Sequence record: OZ298074.1
Reading direction: 5' to 3' (one strand)
Length of the DNA: 32,000 bases
This document shows, one piece after another, positions 7,777 to 17,716 of this stretch. The stretch's first letter is position 1, and each line of letters opens with the position of its first letter. A program made the position numbers and the translations under genes. The notes under the pieces were generated by a model. That model had not been told where the DNA came from. It searched no databases and worked only from the letters and a program-made list of their open reading frames with translations.

Positions 7777-8354
7777 AAATAAAAACGATTTATGTATCCA
7801 ATAATAGGCTTACGCTACTATGTTTTGTGGACATTTAGGAAATTAAAAATCAAAGAAAAAAGAAGCAAATCGGTATAAAGATCACTCTAAAATAGTATTA
7901 GAATAAAGACCATATCAATTAAATATTATAAACAGAAAAAGAACTTTAATTTATAATTCAAAACCAAAAATCTTAGAAAAGACAAAACCTATTAAAATGA
8001 AAAATAATAACATAGAACCCTTTGAGAAATACATAGATAAGTAGATATGTAAACCTGAAGCAACTCCCCTTAACAAACAATACAAGTCACACAACACGAA
8101 AGTGGAGTAAACCTTCTCAATTAACAACACTCTCCTAAAGCAAAAATAAAAAAGTATTGATATAGGGTATACCAGGCTTTTTGTTTTACCTATTTAGGCA
8201 AAGCAGTATAATGGTATATTCTCAACCCTTTAACAAATGCCGCCAAAAAAAAGAAAAACCGTAAAAATCAAAAAATTTTAATTATAAAAGAGTAATATTA
8301 CTTAAATCGTAATATACGTTAGACACTATCACTAATCTTTATATAAATTTAAAG

Positions 8355-8576
8355 ATGTTAGCCGCTGCAAAATACATTGGAGCTGGATTAGCTTGCTCTG
8401 GATTAATCGGAGCTGGTGCCGGAATCGGTTTAATCTTCTCTGCTTTAATAGCTTCAACAGCTAGAAACCCTCAATTAAGAGGACAATTATTCGGTTATGC
8501 AATTTTAGGATTCGCTTTAGCTGAAGCAACAGGACTATTCTCATTAATGATTGCATTCTTATTATTATACTCATAA
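8355..8576 (+). CDS. atp9: ATP synthase F0 subunit c (73 aa)
   Basis: The translation [62 protein letters not shown]... is the canonical subunit-c hairpin, with the ARNP loop and the conserved Glu. Confidence 0.97.
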   Translation: MLAAAKYIGAGLACSGLIGAGAGIGLIFSALIASTARNPQLRGQLFGYAILGFALAEATGLFSLMIAFLLLYS

Positions 8577-8607
8577 TTTGAGTTTCTTTAAAAGAAGATA
8601 ATAATTA

Positions 8608-8656
8608 AAAAACAAAAATATATAAAATAATTCCCCCTCCATTAATTTTTGTTTTT
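8608..8656 (+). promoter_or_regulatory. 12-bp perfect hairpin with the atp9 C-rich tag in its loop
   Basis: aaaaacaaaaat (8608-8619) is the exact reverse complement of atttttgttttt (8645-8656). The 25-nt loop contains CCCCCTCC (8633-8640). Confidence 0.6.
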
Positions 8657-8703
8657 GTTTTTTGTTTTGTTTTTAAATTTTATGTATATATGTCTTATTT
8701 TTA

Positions 8704-8775
8704 GCGAGTATAGTTAAGTTGGTATAACCTCTACCTTCCAAGTAGATGTGATCAGTTCGAATCTGATTATTCGTA
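8704..8775 (+). tRNA. trnG: tRNA-Gly (anticodon UCC)
   Basis: Acceptor GCGAGTA/TATTCGT with two G-U pairs, D stem GTTA/TAAC, anticodon stem TCTAC/GTAGA with loop CTTCCAA, T arm ATCAG-TTCGAAT-CTGAT. Confidence 0.85.
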
Positions 8776-8885
8776 CAATTTTTATTATCTTACTAAACAA
8801 AAAATTTAAATTTTTAAATTATAAATTATTTAATTATATTAAATTTAAAATAAAAATTTAGTTCGGTTCTAATAAATAATTAATT

Positions 8886-8956
8886 ATTTTCTTAGTTTAA
8901 TGGTAGAACTACATTCTTCTAAAGTGTCAATTTTGGTTCGAATCCAAAAGAGAATA
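8886..8956 (+). tRNA. trnR: tRNA-Arg (anticodon UCU)
   Basis: Acceptor ATTTTCT/AGAGAAT, D stem GTTT/GAAC, anticodon stem ACATT/AGTGT with loop CTTCTAA, T arm TTTGG-TTCGAAT-CCAAA. Confidence 0.85.
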
Positions 8957-8992
8957 AATTTAAATTATAATTAAAAAACAAAAATATTTGTA

Positions 8993-9007
8993 ATTGTTAC
9001 AGTGTAT
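8993..9007 (+). promoter_or_regulatory. Copy 1 of the exact 15-mer ATTGTTACAGTGTAT (candidate promoter or processing signal upstream of nad1)
   Basis: Identical to 10714-10728. Both copies follow a tRNA and an (A)nC tract and precede a protein gene. Confidence 0.35.
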
Positions 9008-9294
9008 GAGATATTATAAGATATAGTAATTATATTTTAATATTGAATATATTAATATTAATTAATAAATAATATATCTTATATGTATTATATATATATT
9101 TTATATAAAAATATTTAATTAATAATAATTAATTATAATAATAAATAAAACCAAATTTTTAGAAAATATCTTGATTTTATATCAATTAGTAGTATAAAAT
9201 ACTTACAATTATTCTTAAATAATTAATTATATATGTATAAATTAATAAAAATAAATATTTCGCATATTATTAAGAATAAGATAAGATTAAAAAA

Positions 9295-10308
9295 ATGACA
9301 AATAATTTAAATATGAGCATAATTAATATAATAGTAAATTTAATAGATGTATTAGTAGTGTTGTTACCAGTGTTATTATCAGTAGCTTTTATGACAATAA
9401 TAGAAAGAAAACAATTAGCTGCTCACCAAAGAAGAGTAGGTCCTCAAGTAGTAGGATACTATGGAATTCTGCAACCTTTTAGTGATGCTTTAAAGTTAAT
9501 TTTGAAAGAAACTGTAATTCCTTCTCAGTCTAATAAAGTATTATTTTATTTAGCTCCTGTGTCTACTTTAATATTTAGTTTATTAGGATGGGGGGTAATA
9601 CCTTTTGGTCAGGGTTTAACTTTATTTGATTATTCATTAGGAATATTTTATACTTTAGCTTTATCTTCTTTAGGTGTATATGGAATATTATTTGCAGGTT
9701 GGTCAGCTAATTCTAAATATGCATTTTTAGGATCATTAAGATCTACAGCAGCTATGATTTCATATGAATTAATCTTAAGTTCAGCTATATTAATAATAAT
9801 TTTATTAACTGGTTCATTTAATTTTACAACACTAATAGAAGTTCAACAAGCAGTATGGTTTATAATTCCTTTATTACCTGTTTTTATTTTTTATTTTATA
9901 TCTATTTTAGCTGAAACTAGTCGTACACCTTTTGATTTACAAGAAGCTGAATCTGAATTAGTAGCTGGATTCTTTACTGAACATTCTTCTGTACCTTTTG
10001 TTTTCTTTTTTTTAGCCGAATATTCCTCAATAGTATTATTTAGTTGTATAACAGCTATATTATTCTTAGGAGGATATAATTTTCCTGAAATTTTAATAAA
10101 TGGTTCAGTAATAAATTTACAATCAATTATATTAGGACTAAAAACATGTATATTTTGTTTCATGTTTGTTTGGATTAGAGCTACTTTACCTAGATTAAGA
10201 TACGATCAATTAATTGATTTATGTTGGATTAATATCTTACCTGTTGCTGTGGCATTTATTATTTTAGTCCCTAGTATTTTAGTAGCTTTCGATATTTCAC
10301 CTTACTAA
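9295..10308 (+). CDS. nad1: NADH dehydrogenase subunit 1 (337 aa)
   Basis: The translation contains the ND1 signature ERKQLAAHQRRVGPQVVGYYGILQPFSDALKL. It is full length and uninterrupted. Confidence 0.97.
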   Translation: MTNNLNMSIINIIVNLIDVLVVLLPVLLSVAFMTIIERKQLAAHQRRVGPQVVGYYGILQPFSDALKLILKETVIPSQSNKVLFYLAPVSTLIFSLLGWGVIPFGQGLTLFDYSLGIFYTLALSSLGVYGILFAGWSANSKYAFLGSLRSTAAMISYELILSSAILIIILLTGSFNFTTLIEVQQAVWFIIPLLPVFIFYFISILAETSRTPFDLQEAESELVAGFFTEHSSVPFVFFFLAEYSSIVLFSCITAILFLGGYNFPEILINGSVINLQSIILGLKTCIFCFMFVWIRATLPRLRYDQLIDLCWINILPVAVAFIILVPSILVAFDISPY

Positions 10309-10485
10309 AAATTAAATAATTTATTTTATATAATAATTTAATATTTGCTTAAGTTTATATTTTCGTATATAAATTATAACCTAAAATATATTGTTATAAA
10401 GATATAGAATAAATTAATATAAATTAATATAAATTATTATTAATAATTAATTTATATTTTTATTTATTATTAAGACTACAATTTT

Positions 10486-10491
10486 CCCTCC
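10486..10491 (+). promoter_or_regulatory. C-rich tag CCCTCC, 178 nt after the nad1 stop
   Basis: Context is ttttccctccttaaaa. Confidence 0.55.
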
Positions 10492-10567
10492 TTAAAATTA
10501 ATTTTTTATTTTTGATTTATTCTTAAAAGAAGTTAATTAAATAAAATTTATAAATTTTATTTAATTT

Positions 10568-10638
10568 AAGCTCATAATTTAATGGTAGAATAATTTCTTG
10601 ATGAGGAATCTGTAGAAGTTCAAATCTTCTTGAGCTTA
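10568..10638 (+). tRNA. trnI: tRNA-Ile (anticodon GAU)
   Basis: Acceptor AAGCTCA/TGAGCTT, D stem ATTT/GAAT, anticodon stem ATTTC/GGAAT with loop TTGATGA, T arm AGAAG-TTCAAAT-CTTCT. Confidence 0.85.
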
Positions 10639-10713
10639 AACTAAATTAAAACTAAAAATAAAACACAAAAAAAAATATTAAAATATTAAATTTAGAAAAT
10701 TTTATAAGAATTT

Positions 10714-10728
10714 ATTGTTACAGTGTAT
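10714..10728 (+). promoter_or_regulatory. Copy 2 of the exact 15-mer ATTGTTACAGTGTAT (upstream of cob)
   Basis: Identical to 8993-9007. It lies 76 nt after trnI and 205 nt before the cob ATG. Confidence 0.35.
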
Positions 10729-10933
10729 TCTAAATATATTAATTTAGTTTATTTAGAAACAAAATAAATTTATTTAACTTTAATATTAATATCTTTATAT
10801 TATAGAATAATAATATGTAAATAATTACAAGTTTTATACTTTGGTCAGCTATATTAAATAGCTGCTTTTTTATATTTAACTATAGGAAATAAATATCAAA
10901 AAATTATTATATGAAAAAAAAAATCTGTTAACT

Positions 10934-12094
10934 ATGAGATTACTTAAAAGTCATTCTTTATTAAGGTTAATGAATTCTTATTTAGTGGATTCACCTCAAC
11001 CTACAAATTTATCATATTTATGGAATTTTGGATCTCTTCTAGCCATTTGTTTAATAATACAAATTTTAACTGGTTGTTTTTTAGCTATGCATTATCAAGC
11101 TCATGTAGATTTTGCTTTTAATAGTGTAGAACATATTATGAGAGATGTAAATAATGGATGGATTATTAGATATATTCATGCTAATGTTGCTTCTTTTTTC
11201 TTTATTTTTGTGTATGGGCATATAGGTAGAAACATATATTACGGGTCATATAAAACACCTAGAACACTAGCTTGGTCAATAGGAGTTATAATATTAGTAT
11301 TAATGATGGCTATTGCATTTTTAGGGTATGTATTACCTTATGGTCAAATGAGTTTATGGGGCGCAACAGTTATTACTAACTTATTAAGTGCTATTCCTGT
11401 ATTTGGTAAAGATTTAGTTGAATTAATATGGGGTGGGTTTTCAGTCTCAAATGCGACATTAAATAGATTCTTTTCATTACATTATATCTTACCATTTTTA
11501 TTAGCTGCTTTAGCTTTAGGTCACTTAATCGCTTTACATACACATGGGTCAAATAATCCTAATGGTATATCTTCTAATGGAGATAGATATGCTTTCCATC
11601 CTTATTATATTTTTAAAGATCTTATTACAATTTTCTTATTCTTCTTAGTTTTATCTATTTTAGTGTTCTACTATCCTAATTTATTAGGACATAGTGATAA
11701 TTATATTCCAGCTAATCCTATGCAAACTCCAGCTTCTATAGTACCTGAATGGTACTTATTACCATTTTATGCTATATTAAGATCTATTCCTAATAAACTA
11801 TTAGGAGTGTTAGCTATGTTTGGATCTTTATTTATACTATTAATATTACCTATTGTAGATCTATCTAGAATTAGAGGAAATCAATATAGACCAGCTATGA
11901 AAGTAGCTTTCTGGTTCTTTGTAGTTAACTTTTTTATTTTAATGTGGATTGGTTCACAACACCCTGATTCACCTTATTTAGAAATAGGACAAATTTCTAC
12001 AGCATTCTACTTTATTTGGTTTATAGTTATTGTACCTTTAATAGGATTAGCTGAGAATACTTTAATGGATCTAGCCACAGAATCTAATAAATAA
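10934..12094 (+). CDS. cob: Apocytochrome b (386 aa), intron-less
   Basis: Full-length cytochrome b translation (WNFGSLL..., [22 protein letters not shown]). Confidence 0.97.
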   Translation: MRLLKSHSLLRLMNSYLVDSPQPTNLSYLWNFGSLLAICLIIQILTGCFLAMHYQAHVDFAFNSVEHIMRDVNNGWIIRYIHANVASFFFIFVYGHIGRNIYYGSYKTPRTLAWSIGVIILVLMMAIAFLGYVLPYGQMSLWGATVITNLLSAIPVFGKDLVELIWGGFSVSNATLNRFFSLHYILPFLLAALALGHLIALHTHGSNNPNGISSNGDRYAFHPYYIFKDLITIFLFFLVLSILVFYYPNLLGHSDNYIPANPMQTPASIVPEWYLLPFYAILRSIPNKLLGVLAMFGSLFILLILPIVDLSRIRGNQYRPAMKVAFWFFVVNFFILMWIGSQHPDSPYLEIGQISTAFYFIWFIVIVPLIGLAENTLMDLATESNK

Positions 12095-12209
12095 TTTATC
12101 TTAGTTTATTTAAGTATCTTATATATTTTTAAAATATATAAATATTAAAATTATCAAACTATATTATTATAATTATAATAATTATTATTATACATTTATA
12201 TATATATAT

Positions 12210-12215
12210 CCCTCC
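12210..12215 (+). promoter_or_regulatory. C-rich tag CCCTCC, 116 nt after the cob stop
   Basis: Context is tatatccctccttag. Confidence 0.55.
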
Positions 12216-12978
12216 TTAGTTATATTATTTATATTCTATAAATAAAAATTTTTATTTATTAAAATTATAAAAGAAATATAATACAATTTAGTATTATTCT
12301 TAAGCAGTCTACAAAGATAGATAATAATTTATATCTTTATATTCAATATAAATATGTGCTTAATTTTAAGTATTAATTATTGAAACCTATTTATATTTGA
12401 TTTAGCAAAAATTTATATAAATATATAATTTATTATATAACTCTCTAATAAAAAATTAATAATTATTATCAAAATTAAAAAAGAAAAATTTATAATAAAA
12501 TAAAAATTTAATAAAGATTATTAAATAAATATATTTAAGTATATATTGCAAAATTTAATATTAATTTACGTAAATTAAGTCTAATTATAATATATACTTA
12601 ATAACTTATAATCAATATAAATAAACTATTAAAATTTAATTTTTACAAAAGTTGTAAAGTTTTTAATTTATGCTAAAATTACCAAATTTAAAACTTTAAT
12701 CTAAGAGTCAAATATTTATTAAATTTATTAAAAATTAAAAGAATTAAAATTTTGGTTTAATAAAAACAAAAATAGATATAAAATATAGATAAAGTTTATT
12801 ACAATTTAAATTTTTATCAATAATGAAAATGATTACTAAATATTTAAATATTTAAGATGTTTATATAATTAATAATTAATATTTATAGAAGTTTTTAATA
12901 TTTAATTTTTCTTTTAATAGCGCTACTAAAAAGTAGATTAATTTAATTACAAAAAAACAAAAATAACTTATAAGGTAT

Positions 12979-13806
12979 ATGGTACCAATGACAAATTTAA
13001 ATAGAAGTAATTTTCAATATCATCCATATCATTTAGTTACGATTTCTCCTTGGCCTTTGCTAATTAGTATCTCTTTATTTTGTTTGGTTATAGGTGCTGT
13101 ATTACATATGCACGGATATCCTTATCCGTTTGTAGGAGTTACATTTAGATTAGGGATTATAAACACAGGTTTTACAATGTATTTTTGGCTTACTGATGTC
13201 ACTAGTGAAGGAACATTAAACGGAGATCATACAAAAGAAGTAGTAAAAAGTCTTTTAATAGGGTTTTTATTATTCCTTGTTAGTGAATTATTTGTTTTCG
13301 TTAGTGTATTCTGGGCTTTTTTCCATTCAAGTTTAGTAGCTGCTGTGGATATAGGTGGAATATGGCCACCTTTAGCTATAATAGCTTTAGATCCTTATGC
13401 TATACCACTATTAAATACAATAATATTACTATCTTCGGGAAGTACTGTAACTATGGGTCATCATGCAATATTAAAAAGAGATAGAAGATATTCAATTTGG
13501 GGACTATTAATAACAATAGTATTAGCAATCGTTTTCACAGGATTGCAATATTATGAATATATAAATGCTCCATTTACTATTGCAGATTCAGTATATGGTA
13601 GTTCATTTTATTGCTCTACAGGATTACATGGATTGCATGTAATAGTAGGTACAGGTATGTTATTAACATCTTTAATTAGATTGATAAATTATCACTTTAC
13701 AGATAGTCACCATCAAGGGTTAGAATCAGGTATCTTATATTGGCACTTCGTGGATGTCGTGTGGCTTTTTTTGTTTATAGCGGTGTATTATTGGGGTGGC
13801 CTTTAA
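12979..13806 (+). CDS. cox3: Cytochrome c oxidase subunit 3 (275 aa; the start could instead be the ATG at 12988)
   Basis: The translation has HPYHLV near the N-terminus and WYWHFVDVVWLFLF near the C-terminus. Confidence 0.95.
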   Translation: MVPMTNLNRSNFQYHPYHLVTISPWPLLISISLFCLVIGAVLHMHGYPYPFVGVTFRLGIINTGFTMYFWLTDVTSEGTLNGDHTKEVVKSLLIGFLLFLVSELFVFVSVFWAFFHSSLVAAVDIGGIWPPLAIIALDPYAIPLLNTIILLSSGSTVTMGHHAILKRDRRYSIWGLLITIVLAIVFTGLQYYEYINAPFTIADSVYGSSFYCSTGLHGLHVIVGTGMLLTSLIRLINYHFTDSHHQGLESGILYWHFVDVVWLFLFIAVYYWGGL

Positions 13807-13940
13807 ATGGGCTCTCCGAAGAATATCTTATTTTGTTCAAATTTTCTATAATTCAAATAGGTCTAAATATTCAAAATATTATAGTTAATAATTTAAAATA
13901 TTTTTGGATTGGAGATATATATCATAAATTTAGTGTAATT

Positions 13941-14945
13941 ATGTCATACTTACATATTTATAATGTTATAATTAGTATTTTACTTAGTGTAATTGTATTA
14001 ATTAATTTGACATGTATAATGTGTATTTTTTTATATAATTTAAATATTTATGATTTTATAGTTAATATAATACTCCTTATTAAAGTTATTAAATTTGAAT
14101 CAGTATTTAATTTAATCAATAATATAAATATTGATTCAGTTTTTAATATTATTAAAAATTTAAAATTTGATTTATTATTTAATTTAACCAATAATATAAA
14201 TACTGATTCAGTATTTAATATTATTAAAAATTTAAAATTTAATTCAGTACATAATTTAACCAATAATATAAGTATTGATTCAATATTTAATATTATTAAA
14301 ATTTTTAAAGAATTAAATTTAAATTCTATGTATCTATATAATACTGATGTATGTAATACTAATTTTAATTTATTGAATTTACGTCATCATTGTGACAATC
14401 CTATAATTTATGGTTTCGCTATTGAAATTAATCCGAATCTAACTCAGGATATTAATCAGATTATTAATTTATTTAATCAAGTTGACAGTGGCAATAGTAG
14501 TGATGCAAGTCTCTCAGACAATGAGTCAGTATCTACTAGACCTAGTGTTTCTACCGGTAGAACTTCTCCACATGTAGGCATAGAGGATAATGCATTAAAT
14601 AATGAAAATTTAGTAATAATTCAAGGAGACCAAGTTCTTCCGGAGAATCTTACAAATCTTGATACAATCTTAAATGATTTACAAATAAGAATAGAAGAAG
14701 GAACAGTAGATATAAGAAGATATGATCCCACAATATTACCTGAAGATCTATTAAATCCTACTGAAACTTACTATGATGGATTTGAAGCTAACACTGAAGA
14801 TAACAATAATAATAATAATATTAATAACAATATAGATACTATTAATAATAATAATGATAATACTAATAATGATACTAATAATATAAATAATAACAATTTA
14901 ATAAACGAACAAAATAATACAATTCATAATAATACACCTAAATAA
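13941..14945 (+). CDS. Orphan ORF (334 aa from the first ATG) with three 24-aa tandem repeats and an Asn-rich tail
   Basis: The ORF-track frame is open from 13740, inside cox3 in another frame, but that start is TTG. The first ATG is at 13941. The central and C-terminal part (SGNSSDASLSDNESVSTRPSVSTGRTSPHVGIEDN...IRRYDPTILPEDLLNPTETYYDGFE) is not low-complexity. I recognise no family. Confidence 0.4.
   Translation: MSYLHIYNVIISILLSVIVLINLTCIMCIFLYNLNIYDFIVNIILLIKVIKFESVFNLINNINIDSVFNIIKNLKFDLLFNLTNNINTDSVFNIIKNLKFNSVHNLTNNISIDSIFNIIKIFKELNLNSMYLYNTDVCNTNFNLLNLRHHCDNPIIYGFAIEINPNLTQDINQIINLFNQVDSGNSSDASLSDNESVSTRPSVSTGRTSPHVGIEDNALNNENLVIIQGDQVLPENLTNLDTILNDLQIRIEEGTVDIRRYDPTILPEDLLNPTETYYDGFEANTEDNNNNNNINNNIDTINNNNDNTNNDTNNINNNNLINEQNNTIHNNTPK
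14085..14325 (+). repeat. 72-bp tandem repeat, about 3.3 copies, in frame inside the orphan ORF
   Basis: Units start at 14109, 14181 and 14253 (aatttaa[t/c]caataatataaata...), a period of exactly 72 bp. They encode NL(I/T)NNI(N/S)(I/T)DS(V/I)FNIIKNLKF... Confidence 0.85.
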
Positions 14946-15041
14946 ATTCCAAAGTGAATAAAAATTTAAACATTCTAAAAAATAACACAGTTCATAATAA
15001 TACACCTAAATAAATTCCAAAGTGAATAAAAATTTAAACAT
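14905..15041 (+). repeat. 68-bp tandem duplication covering the last codons and stop of the orphan ORF
   Basis: The 51-nt string ttcataataatacacctaaataaattccaaagtgaataaaaatttaaacat occurs identically at 14923-14973 and 14991-15041. Confidence 0.85.
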
Positions 15042-15098
15042 CTAGAAATATATTTATTTAATTTATATAAACAAAAATTTCTTTCAATTTTAAATTTA

Positions 15099-15103
15099 CC
15101 TCC
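15099..15103 (+). promoter_or_regulatory. Weaker C-rich tag (ACCTCC) after the cox3 / orphan ORF unit
   Basis: Context is aaatttacctccgtt. A CTCTCC also sits at 13812-13817, right after the cox3 stop. Confidence 0.35.
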
Positions 15104-15358
15104 GTTATTTTATATTAAAAATATAAAATATATAATATGTATATACATGCAAATATAAAAAATTTATTTAAAATTTAATAAAAATAAAAATTTATTAATA
15201 TAATAAATTAAAAATTATATAATATATATAAAAAAATTTTATTATCATGATAATAATTATAAAATAATAACTGTAACTTAGATTATTTTAGTTAATATAA
15301 AATAATTATATAATACTTTATTAAAGGTACCCTAAGGAATTAGCTATAATTAATACTA

Positions 15359-15625
15359 ATGAATTTATCAATATTATTATTTTTAATAGGAATATTAGGA
15401 TTTGTATTGAATAGAAAAAATATTATCCTAATGATAATTGCAATAGAGATTATGCTTCTTGCTGTAACTTTATTAGTTTTAATAACTTCATTTGGATTTG
15501 ATGATAATATAGGTCAAACTTTTAGTATTTATATTATATCAATAGCAGGAGCAGAATCAGTGATAGGATTAAGTATTTTAGTAGCTTTTTATAGATTAAG
15601 AGGAAATATCTCAATTAGAACATAA
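15359..15625 (+). CDS. nad4L: NADH dehydrogenase subunit 4L (88 aa)
   Basis: Typical ND4L translation. The stop lies 4 nt before the nad5 ATG, which is the arrangement usual in fungal mtDNA. Confidence 0.93.
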   Translation: MNLSILLFLIGILGFVLNRKNIILMIIAIEIMLLAVTLLVLITSFGFDDNIGQTFSIYIISIAGAESVIGLSILVAFYRLRGNISIRT

Positions 15626-15629
15626 ATTT

Positions 15630-17621
15630 ATGTATTTATCAATTTTAATTTTTCCCTTATTAGCTTCTTTTGTCTCAGGGTTTTTAGGTAGAAAAATAGG
15701 AGTAACAGGTGCTCATATTTTAACATGTACTTGTTTAACTATTTCATCAATATTAGCTACAATTGCCTTTTATGAAGTAGGTATTTGTGGTTCACCAGTT
15801 TCAGTCTTTTTATTTAGTTGGGTAGAATCTGAATTTATGTCCATATCATGGGAATTTTTATTTGATCAGTTAACTGTCACAATGTTTATTCCTGTATTAT
15901 ATATATCTACATTAATTCATATTTATACAACTTCTTATTTATCAGAAGATCCACATAATCAAAGATTTTTCTCTTATTTATCTTTATTTACTTTTTTTAT
16001 GTTATTTTTAGTATCTGGTGCTAACTATTTTGTTATGTTTATTGGATGGGAAGGAATTGGTATTGTTTCTTATTTATTAATTAATTTCTATTTTACTAGA
16101 ATTCAAGCAAATAAAGCAGCTATTTTAGCATTAACAATGAATAGAGTAGGTGATATGGGTTTAAGTATAGGATTCTTTGCAATATTTGCTTTATTTGGAT
16201 CAGTAGATTATTCTACAATATTCAGTTTAGCACCATTTATAAATGAAACTGCTATAACTATAATAAGTTTATTATTACTTATGGGAGCTATGGCTAAATC
16301 AGCTCAAATTCCATTGCATTCTTGGTTACCTGGTTCAATGGAAGCACCTACACCTGTTAGTGCTTTATTACATGCTGCTACTCTAGTAACTGCTGGATTA
16401 TACTTACTAGTAAGATCATCGCCTATTTTAGAATTTAGTCCTACTGCTTTATTAGTAATAACTTTAATAGGTTCAACTACAGCATTCTTTGCAGCCACAT
16501 GTGGTTTAGTATTAAATGATTTAAAAAGAATTATAGCTTTTAGTACAATAAGTCAATTAGGATATATGGTAATGGCAGTAGGTTTATCTCAATATAATGT
16601 AGCTTTAATGCATGTAGTTAATCATGCTTTTTTTAAAGCTTTATTATTCTTAGGAGCTGGAGCTGTAATTCATAGTTTTGCAGATGAACAAGATATAAGA
16701 AAAATGGGTGGTTTAATAAAATTTTTACCATTTACATATACTACAATGCTAATAGGTTCTTTATCTTTATTAGCTACTCCATGGTTAACTGGATTTTATT
16801 CTAAAGATCTTATTATTGAATTAGCTTATGGACAGTATGCTTTCTCAGGTATATATGCTTATATTTTAGGTAGTTTAACAGCAGGCTTAACAGCCTTTTA
16901 TTCATTTAGATTAATAAGTTTAGTATTTTTAACTGTACCTAATGGTATTAAAAATGTTTATTTAAATTCTCATGAATCTAATTTTGCTGTTATTATTCCA
17001 TTATTCATTTTAACTTTATTTAGTATATTCTTTGGATATGTTTTTTCTGATTTATTTGTTGGTATGGGAAGTGATTTTTTTGGTAATTCTATATTTATAA
17101 ATCCTAATAATATTACTATAGTTGAAGCTGAATTTAGTTTACCTTTATTAATTAAATTATTACCTTCTATATTTTCTATATTAGGAGCTACTTTTGCAAT
17201 ATTATTATATCATGTCTATCCAGAATTTATAATTAGTTTAACAGAATCATCTATAGGAAGAAATATTTATACATTTTTAAATGGAAAATATTTCTTTGAT
17301 ATAATATATAATAATAATATAATTGTAACAGGATTAAATCAAGGTATAACTATTTCTAAAGTATTAGATAGAGGAGTAGTAGAATTATTAGGTCCTTATG
17401 GTTTAGCTTCTGCATTAAATCATAGTGCTTCAAATATATCAAAATTAGATACAGGTGTAATAACAACATATTCAATATATATTACTTTATCTACATTAAT
17501 CTTAACATTTATAACATTTTCTACTTCTAAGGTAGTTTTATTTACTGATTTTAGAATTTTATTTTTCTTTATTACTATAATTTTCTTAACGCTAACTAAT
17601 TCTAAAATTAAAAATAATTAA
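15630..17621 (+). CDS. nad5: NADH dehydrogenase subunit 5 (663 aa)
   Basis: Full-length ND5 translation (GWEGIGIVSYLLINFYFTRIQANKAA..., SAQIPLHSWLPGSMEAPTPVSALLHAAT). Confidence 0.97.
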   Translation: MYLSILIFPLLASFVSGFLGRKIGVTGAHILTCTCLTISSILATIAFYEVGICGSPVSVFLFSWVESEFMSISWEFLFDQLTVTMFIPVLYISTLIHIYTTSYLSEDPHNQRFFSYLSLFTFFMLFLVSGANYFVMFIGWEGIGIVSYLLINFYFTRIQANKAAILALTMNRVGDMGLSIGFFAIFALFGSVDYSTIFSLAPFINETAITIISLLLLMGAMAKSAQIPLHSWLPGSMEAPTPVSALLHAATLVTAGLYLLVRSSPILEFSPTALLVITLIGSTTAFFAATCGLVLNDLKRIIAFSTISQLGYMVMAVGLSQYNVALMHVVNHAFFKALLFLGAGAVIHSFADEQDIRKMGGLIKFLPFTYTTMLIGSLSLLATPWLTGFYSKDLIIELAYGQYAFSGIYAYILGSLTAGLTAFYSFRLISLVFLTVPNGIKNVYLNSHESNFAVIIPLFILTLFSIFFGYVFSDLFVGMGSDFFGNSIFINPNNITIVEAEFSLPLLIKLLPSIFSILGATFAILLYHVYPEFIISLTESSIGRNIYTFLNGKYFFDIIYNNNIIVTGLNQGITISKVLDRGVVELLGPYGLASALNHSASNISKLDTGVITTYSIYITLSTLILTFITFSTSKVVLFTDFRILFFFITIIFLTLTNSKIKNN

Positions 17622-17716
17622 TTTAACTTTATTTTTTATAAATTTTTCTTTAAATTAAAATTCTATTTAAAATTTATTTATAATTTGATGATAAATTTTA
17701 ATTTATAAATTAACAA

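Noticed and set aside
7300-7830. Possible mitochondrial RNase P RNA (rnpB). gatagtcctaaaac (about 7314-7327) resembles the P4 5' strand GAAAGUCC. aataataggcttacgc (about 7803-7818) resembles the CR-V ...GGCUUA strand, and the two could pair (AG-U-CCUA with UAGGCU).
   Set aside because: The 5' element lies inside sequence that reads, on the minus strand, as the decayed motif-A region of dpo copy 2 (GLSSLFNIPLHIK). The interval is largely occupied by ORF119, and the ACAGAA part of CR-V is missing. Only an Infernal search with the RNase P models could revive this.
9891-10163. 90-aa minus-strand ORF.
   Set aside because: It lies entirely inside nad1 on the opposite strand.
13740-13940. ORF-track start of the 401-aa ORF inside cox3.
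   Set aside because: The codon at 13740 is TTG, inside cox3 in another frame. The track evidently allows alternative starts. The first ATG is at 13941, so the overlap is probably just an open frame. A frameshift fusion with cox3 is not supported by anything I can see.
14048-14263. 71-aa minus-strand ORF.
   Set aside because: It is antisense to the 72-bp repeat array. It is a repeat-generated shadow ORF.
14085-14325. Regularly spaced 72-bp repeats that could look like a CRISPR array.
   Set aside because: The units are directly tandem with no unique spacers. They are A/T-rich and in frame inside an ORF, and the replicon is mitochondrial. This is a coding minisatellite.
16304-16498. 64-aa minus-strand ORF.
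   Set aside because: It lies inside nad5 on the opposite strand.
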